Below are positions 58,829-64,000 of a stretch of DNA of 64,000 bases, piece by piece. The stretch lies in the NCBI GenBank assembly GCA_964541305.1, contig CAZIPE010000001.1, forward strand, positions 82,350 to 146,349, read 5' to 3'. The stretch comes from an uncultured Candidatus Saccharibacteria bacterium. Its GTDB lineage: Bacteria > Patescibacteriota > Saccharimonadia > Saccharimonadales > UBA7683. Each line of letters begins with the position of its first letter. Position 1 is the first letter of the stretch. Both the position numbers and the translations under genes were made by a program. The notes under the pieces are model-generated. The model did not search any database. It was not told the origin of the DNA and worked only from the letters and a program-made list of their open reading frames with translations.

Positions 58829-60271
58829 CTAGCTAACGTTTAGTTGCTTTTTAATTATCTGCTGAGCCAGGCCGGGGTTAGCCTGTCCTTTAGATTTTGC
58901 CATTACCTGGCCAACCAAAAAACCAATTGCTTTCATTTCACCGTTTTTGACGTCTTGTGCAGCTTGCTCGTTCTCCACTAGCACTTCACTCACAATTGCT
59001 TCAATAGCTCCCTCATCTGATACTTGAATAAGATTTTTCTCTTTAGCCAAGGTTTGAGGATCGGCTCCGCCCAGCACTGCTAGAAGAATTTCCTTGGCAG
59101 CAGTTGAGCTGAGCTGCTTCTCCTCAAACATACGTGCGAGTTTCTGTACTTCATCGGGATGTGAAACAGCTTCCTCCCACGTTAAATCACCCTCACTCAC
59201 CGCTCGCAGGACATCGCTCGTGAACCAGTTAACTACAGTCTTAGCGAGTCGTGGCTCGAGCGAAACAATAAATCGAGCAACCTGAGGCTCTTCTAGAATA
59301 GTTTCAATCTGTGAATGTTCGAGATGTAATGTTGATAGAGTGGCGCGAAGTTGAGGTGGTAGATCTGGCACTAATTTTTTAGCTCTAGCGATATACTCAT
59401 CCGTTAGAACGATGGGTGGAATATCGGGCTCCGGCATGTACCTATAATCGTGAGCATCTTCTTTTGTGCGCTGAGAAAAAGTTTTTTGCTTAGCATCATC
59501 CCAGCCTCTTGTTTCCTGAACAACCTCGCCTCCACTTTCGAGTAGCTCAATTTGTCGATTAACTTCAAAATCTACTGCTTTTTCAACAGCCCTGAAACTA
59601 TTGAGATTCTTAGTTTCACTGCGAGTTCCAAGTTTCGCGTGATCTTTGCTCACAGATACATTTACATCAAAACGCATGTTTCCGTGATACAAATCTACGT
59701 CACTTACGTCAGCATATTTCATAAGTAGGTAGAGTTCATGCGCATAGGCTCTTGCTTCGACTGCTGAGTGCATATCTGGTTCCGAAACAATCTCGAGAAG
59801 TGGTGTTCCGGCACGATTAAGATCAACCAGACTGTAGTCTTTACCGCTTGGGTGTGAGGATTTTCCAGCATCTTCTTCAAGATGAGCTCGAGTGATACCG
59901 ATTCGCTTTGTCTCGCCATTTACCAAAATATCTACATAACCACCAAGTATAATTGGTTCTTCGAACTGACTAATCTGATAACCTTTCGGAAGGTCGGGAT
60001 AAAAATAGTGCTTTCTATCGAATTTGCTAAATTTTTGTGGCTCGGTATTCAGCGCAAAAGCAACCTGGGACGCCAAGTCAATCACTTTTTCATTTAATAC
60101 TGGCAACGCGCCTGGCATACCAAAACTGACATGACCTACTACGGTATTTGGCTGAGCATCCCGAGCATCGTTTATCTCACTCGAGAATAATTTTGTTGTT
60201 GTCTTGAGCTGCACGTGACACTCAATGCCAACGGTTGTAGTGTAGCTATCTTTTACCTCGGCAGAAATCAT
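58829..60271 (-). CDS. gatB: Asp/Glu-tRNA amidotransferase subunit B
   Basis: 480 aa, VGIECHVQL..., with a YqeY-like C-terminus. The start overlaps the gatA stop. Confidence 0.98.
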   Translation of the reverse strand: MISAEVKDSYTTTVGIECHVQLKTTTKLFSSEINDARDAQPNTVVGHVSFGMPGALPVLNEKVIDLASQVAFALNTEPQKFSKFDRKHYFYPDLPKGYQISQFEEPIILGGYVDILVNGETKRIGITRAHLEEDAGKSSHPSGKDYSLVDLNRAGTPLLEIVSEPDMHSAVEARAYAHELYLLMKYADVSDVDLYHGNMRFDVNVSVSKDHAKLGTRSETKNLNSFRAVEKAVDFEVNRQIELLESGGEVVQETRGWDDAKQKTFSQRTKEDAHDYRYMPEPDIPPIVLTDEYIARAKKLVPDLPPQLRATLSTLHLEHSQIETILEEPQVARFIVSLEPRLAKTVVNWFTSDVLRAVSEGDLTWEEAVSHPDEVQKLARMFEEKQLSSTAAKEILLAVLGGADPQTLAKEKNLIQVSDEGAIEAIVSEVLVENEQAAQDVKNGEMKAIGFLVGQVMAKSKGQANPGLAQQIIKKQLNVS

Positions 60272-61728
60272 AGTTGTAGCTCCTGAAATGTGTGAGCAAT
60301 TTGCAGTAATTCATGGTCGTTTCGTTGTGGGGCCATAAGCTGTAAACCGACCGGCAAGCCATCGACTTCGCCACTCGGCACACTCACCGCAGGAATGCCC
60401 ACAAGACTAGCCGCTACTGTCATGATATCTCCTAAATACATACTAAGTGGGTCACTGGTATTTTCACCAATCCTAAATGCGGTAGTAGGAACCGTTGGAC
60501 CCAGTAAATAATCTACCGTTTTGAACGCACTGTTGAACTCATTTATTAGCTTAGTACGTACTGTTTGGGCTTTTTTATAATAAGCATCGTAGTAACCGGA
60601 GGAAAGTACGTAGGCACCAATCATAATGCGTCGCTTTGCTTCGGCGCCAAAACCTTCTTCTCGTGCAGTTTCATAGCTTTCGTCAATATTTTTGGCTGTT
60701 TTGGTGTGATGACCAAAACGCTGACCGTCGTAGCGCGCAAGATTGCTACTCACTTCTGCTGGGCAAATAATATAGTATACGGCAAGTGCATACGCAAGGC
60801 TCGGCAAACTCACTTCGGAAATGATAGCCCCAGCGTTCTTCAGTGTTTCTATTGATTTTTCAACCTCAGCTTTTACACCTGCATCAAGTCCATCTTGGAA
60901 ATACTCTTTAATCACGCCTATTTTCTTGCCACTCAGTGAATTGCTAACCAGCTCAGTGTAATGCGCTTCACCTCGGTCAATTGTAGTGCTATCTAGAGGG
61001 TCTTTACCTGAAATAACATCCAGCACCAGTGCCACGTCTTCAACTGTACGTGCTATCGGCCCTACAACATCAGTACTACTGGCCATGGCAACAACACCAC
61101 TCCTTGAAACTAGTCCATAGGTTGGCTTGTATCCGACCACTCCACAAAAACTGGCCGGCTGGCGAATTGAGCCACCAGTATCGGTCCCCAGAGCAAACGG
61201 CGTCAGTCGTAGTGCGACGGATGCTGCGGATCCTCCAGAAGATCCGCCTGCTACTCGCTCGATATCGTGGGGGTTTTTAGTCGTGAAAAAATCACTATTT
61301 TCTGTTGATGCTCCGTGAGCGAACGCATCAAGGTTTGCTTTAGCGACGCAAATTGCTCCTTCAGCTTCTAGTCGTTCGATTGCCGTCGCCTGATACGGTG
61401 CCTCAAAGCCTTTTAGGATATTGCTGGCTGCTGTTGTCTGGGCACCAAAAACGAGGAAGTTATCTTTTGCAATAAATGGCACGCCGACAAGTCGACCACC
61501 ATCTTTTCCGTCTGCAATAGTTGCATCTATGTCTTTTGCTCGTTTTTTCGCACGCTCATCAAGCGTTACAATAATCGCCTGGAATTCGCTGTGCTCCTCA
61601 ATTAGCCGTAGCGCTTTTTCTACTAAGCCTGTTGCCGAAAGTTCACTGGCCTGAACTTTCTTCGCCAAAACAGATATTGGTTCCCAGCCATTTTGCATGT
61701 CATGCATTGCTTTTTGCATACTATCCAA
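60268..61728 (-). CDS. gatA: Glu-tRNA(Gln) amidotransferase subunit A
   Basis: 486 aa with the amidase signature (GGSSGGSAA). The start may be a downstream Met. Confidence 0.97.
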   Translation of the reverse strand: MDSMQKAMHDMQNGWEPISVLAKKVQASELSATGLVEKALRLIEEHSEFQAIIVTLDERAKKRAKDIDATIADGKDGGRLVGVPFIAKDNFLVFGAQTTAASNILKGFEAPYQATAIERLEAEGAICVAKANLDAFAHGASTENSDFFTTKNPHDIERVAGGSSGGSAASVALRLTPFALGTDTGGSIRQPASFCGVVGYKPTYGLVSRSGVVAMASSTDVVGPIARTVEDVALVLDVISGKDPLDSTTIDRGEAHYTELVSNSLSGKKIGVIKEYFQDGLDAGVKAEVEKSIETLKNAGAIISEVSLPSLAYALAVYYIICPAEVSSNLARYDGQRFGHHTKTAKNIDESYETAREEGFGAEAKRRIMIGAYVLSSGYYDAYYKKAQTVRTKLINEFNSAFKTVDYLLGPTVPTTAFRIGENTSDPLSMYLGDIMTVAASLVGIPAVSVPSGEVDGLPVGLQLMAPQRNDHELLQIAHTFQELQL

Positions 61729-62008
61729 CCATCCTCTTCACCTTAATGTGATCGCCTTCAACATCGGGTACATTTTTTAACAGCTCCTCTTTTGAAACCT
61801 GTTCACCAACCTCATCTTTTCGTACAACATTATGTAAGCCAGTAACTTGGTAGGTTGGTTTGAGACCGCTCACATCTACCGATTCGAGCTGATTCACGTA
61901 ATCGAGAATTGCACTAAGCTCGCCTTCAAACTGCACAATCTCATCATCTGAAAGCTTCAGACGACTCAATCGAGCCAGTTTTAAAACATCATCTTTAGAT
62001 AACTTCAT
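61721..62008 (-). CDS. gatC: Asp/Glu-tRNA amidotransferase subunit C
   Basis: MKLSKDDVLKLARLSRLKLSDDE... is canonical GatC. Start moved to ATG 62008. Confidence 0.93.
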   Translation of the reverse strand: MKLSKDDVLKLARLSRLKLSDDEIVQFEGELSAILDYVNQLESVDVSGLKPTYQVTGLHNVVRKDEVGEQVSKEELLKNVPDVEGDHIKVKRMVG

Positions 62009-62094
62009 TACTTTAATTATAACAGATTGAATGAAATGTGTTTGCAAATGATTAAGATTAGGCTTATGATTAACAAAAGGTACGGAGACTCAGT

Positions 62095-63240
62095 ATGCTT
62101 ATTGTCGACAAAGCCAAAGTGTGTATCGAAACGACTTCTAGCCGAATACTGCGTTCTGTTCTCCCATACGAAGCAATCGAATCGTACAATAATCCCCGAC
62201 TTGAAACACTAGACTATTTGTCGGAAGAACATAGAGGCGAAATTTACGATAATTCGCACGTTGTCGATTGTACGCAAATTGAGAATAGCGAACACATTCC
62301 TGGAGTTGGGACTATTGATAGGTATGGTTTTACCACAAAAAGTGGATACAGCTACGGTGCAGTGGTCGCATTACCAGAAAATCCCTTAACCACCATTCCC
62401 AGCATCGGTACTAGTGCATGGCACACAAGTCTAAGGGGTCATAACGAGCACACAATACGCAATCTCATGCGCGCAGGGACGCCAGTTGTGTACGTCGGAG
62501 CGGAAGGCAGTTGGCATACGGATTCTAATCCTCAGAGACCGATTACGCTTGCAGATTCTGCGGGTGCAGTACTACAGTTTGCAAGTATTGCGACAGGTGA
62601 ATACTCTCTGGATTCAGTTCGTCGTAATGTCATTGGTGAATCTCGCGGAGCTATGGTAGGGATGGGTATTGTTGCACTCGCAGAGGAATTTGACCAGGAA
62701 ATCATTCTAGCAGACCTTACCGCACCCTGTTTACCACGAAAAATGACTGTGGATGATCTCATGGAAATGTCGGGACAATTAAGAATTGAACCGGGAGAGA
62801 TAATCAAACTTGGTGGTCGTCTCGCACTTAAGCGCCTAGTTCACTATCCTGCAACAATTGATCCGAACCTCAACGCCCAAAAACATCAACTTGCCATCGG
62901 CTTTGCGTTATTCAGCGGTGAAGCAGGTGATCTCGCTCGGCACATTCCGAAGGAATCACTTATGCACGTAACTACGTTCAACAAAGACTTTGCTTCTATG
63001 GAAGCAGAGTGGCGTCAGATATTTAATAACCACCCAAATGTACGGGTGACCCCATTACTTGGTAGTCATCTTACACTCGCAGATCCTGAGACGTTGCAGT
63101 TTATTTTGGCGCGAAATGAGTGCATTAGAGATGCGACTGACAGTAAAACAACACCTACTCAGGCAAATGTTTTTGACCGAGCACACTCATTTGTAGAAAA
63201 CCCTACTCTTGTGATGCAGGAGGTGGCACTAGCCGCTTAA
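62095..63240 (+). CDS. alpha/beta-hydrolase-fold protein (putative)
   Basis: 381 aa with an ACGGAG SD. Contains the nucleophile-elbow motif GESRG and a late GSH that could be the catalytic His. The family is not recognised. Confidence 0.6.
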   Translation: MLIVDKAKVCIETTSSRILRSVLPYEAIESYNNPRLETLDYLSEEHRGEIYDNSHVVDCTQIENSEHIPGVGTIDRYGFTTKSGYSYGAVVALPENPLTTIPSIGTSAWHTSLRGHNEHTIRNLMRAGTPVVYVGAEGSWHTDSNPQRPITLADSAGAVLQFASIATGEYSLDSVRRNVIGESRGAMVGMGIVALAEEFDQEIILADLTAPCLPRKMTVDDLMEMSGQLRIEPGEIIKLGGRLALKRLVHYPATIDPNLNAQKHQLAIGFALFSGEAGDLARHIPKESLMHVTTFNKDFASMEAEWRQIFNNHPNVRVTPLLGSHLTLADPETLQFILARNECIRDATDSKTTPTQANVFDRAHSFVENPTLVMQEVALAA

Positions 63241-63944
63241 CTTTGTGGGCTAAGGATCCACTGAATAACTTCTTGACGGAGCTTCATATATTCAGCCTCC
63301 TCGAACTGCATGTTTGCTATGCAGAATCTCTTACCCTTGATGTTCGTGCAAAACATACTATCTTGCATATCGGCCGCATCATGGATGAAAAAACAATTTG
63401 TAATCCTTGATGACCACGAAACGCCGAAACTATTTGTGCATTCTCCGCTGTCTTCTATGCGAATACAAAAGGTATTTGCGCCGCTTCTTTGTCCCGCGAC
63501 AATAAATTCAGAATCTTCTATACCATCTGAAAATAAAATATTCTTAGAACGTCGTATATCTTGAGAACGAAATACATTTTCAGATTTTATGATGCTATCT
63601 GACTCAGCAACGTTAAGCGAATCTATTTCACGTTCAGTTGTAGTTAAATTAATTTTGTTCCACTTTTCAAGTAACTCTTGTAAATTATTAATGGGCTCCT
63701 TTGCATACAAGCCTTCTGTAGCAGTGGCCTCGTTATTGCGAGCATTATCCATCTTAATAAATCTAGTAGGGTTCGTTGATGAAGCCCAAGTTGGGGAGTT
63801 ATCCGTTGAGTCATACACTTGCTGGGGTAAACGAATATCGAAAGTAAATTTTTGCATAAACTGCTCGAGGCTAAGTGGGTTTTGGTAACCAAATACTTGC
63901 CCTATGATCTTATCCAGTATAGTTTTGGCTTCGACTGCGTTCAT
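63237..63944 (-). CDS. hypothetical protein, 235 aa (Cys-containing repetitive C-terminal half)
   Basis: Uninterrupted ORF. Its C-terminal half contains spaced Cys/Asn/Ser segments (FCIRIEDSGECTNSFGVSWSSRITNCFFIHDAADMQDSMFCTNIKGKRFCIANMQF). It converges on the hydrolase gene and overlaps it by 4 nt. Confidence 0.6.
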   Translation of the reverse strand: MNAVEAKTILDKIIGQVFGYQNPLSLEQFMQKFTFDIRLPQQVYDSTDNSPTWASSTNPTRFIKMDNARNNEATATEGLYAKEPINNLQELLEKWNKINLTTTEREIDSLNVAESDSIIKSENVFRSQDIRRSKNILFSDGIEDSEFIVAGQRSGANTFCIRIEDSGECTNSFGVSWSSRITNCFFIHDAADMQDSMFCTNIKGKRFCIANMQFEEAEYMKLRQEVIQWILSPQS

Positions 63945-64000
63945 GTAGTTCCTTTATTTCCTTAGTTTTTTACGTGATGATGAATGACTGGCTAGAATAT

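Overview
This window is a dense, almost entirely minus-strand block of core housekeeping genes from a small, compact bacterial genome. The operon order is Gram-positive-like: rpoB-rpoC-rpsL-rpsG-fusA-tuf-rpsJ-rplCDWB-rpsS-rplV-rpsC-rplP-rpmC-rpsQ-rplN-rplX', tig-clpP, clpC-radA-PIN/TRAM, and gatCAB. My taxonomic guess is a Patescibacteria/CPR organism of the Saccharibacteria type. That is inference only, based on charged tails on core proteins, many orphan genes, a type IV pilus ATPase and a decaying pyrimidine pathway. I call about 70 CDS and one tRNA-Leu(UAG). I see no rRNA, CRISPR array, transposase, integrase, or recognisable defence or toxin-antitoxin system.

I did not find a convincing multi-gene novel system. 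These are the observations that stand out:
1. Near-perfect CIRCE (HrcA-operator) inverted repeats lie on the promoters of both clpP and clpC, and no ctsR/mcsAB is present.
2. An imperfect 43-bp direct repeat of the clpP 3' end brackets a single orphan gene. This looks like an insertion or gene-exchange scar.
3. Orphan genes are wedged into normally invariant junctions of the str/S10 operons: rpsG-ORF-fusA-ORF-tuf-ORF-rpsJ-ORF-rplC.
4. At least eleven first-in-operon genes have a TATACT-like -10 box 5-8 nt upstream of the ATG and no Shine-Dalgarno sequence, which suggests leaderless mRNAs.
5. pyrE is interrupted by a single in-frame TAG.
6. A unit of promoter, roughly 135-nt transcript and intrinsic terminator could be a small RNA or a cis-regulatory leader.

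All alignments, motif matches and coordinates were made by eye from the sequence and the ORF track. No database search was possible, so every 'no homolog' statement means only that I do not recognise the protein.
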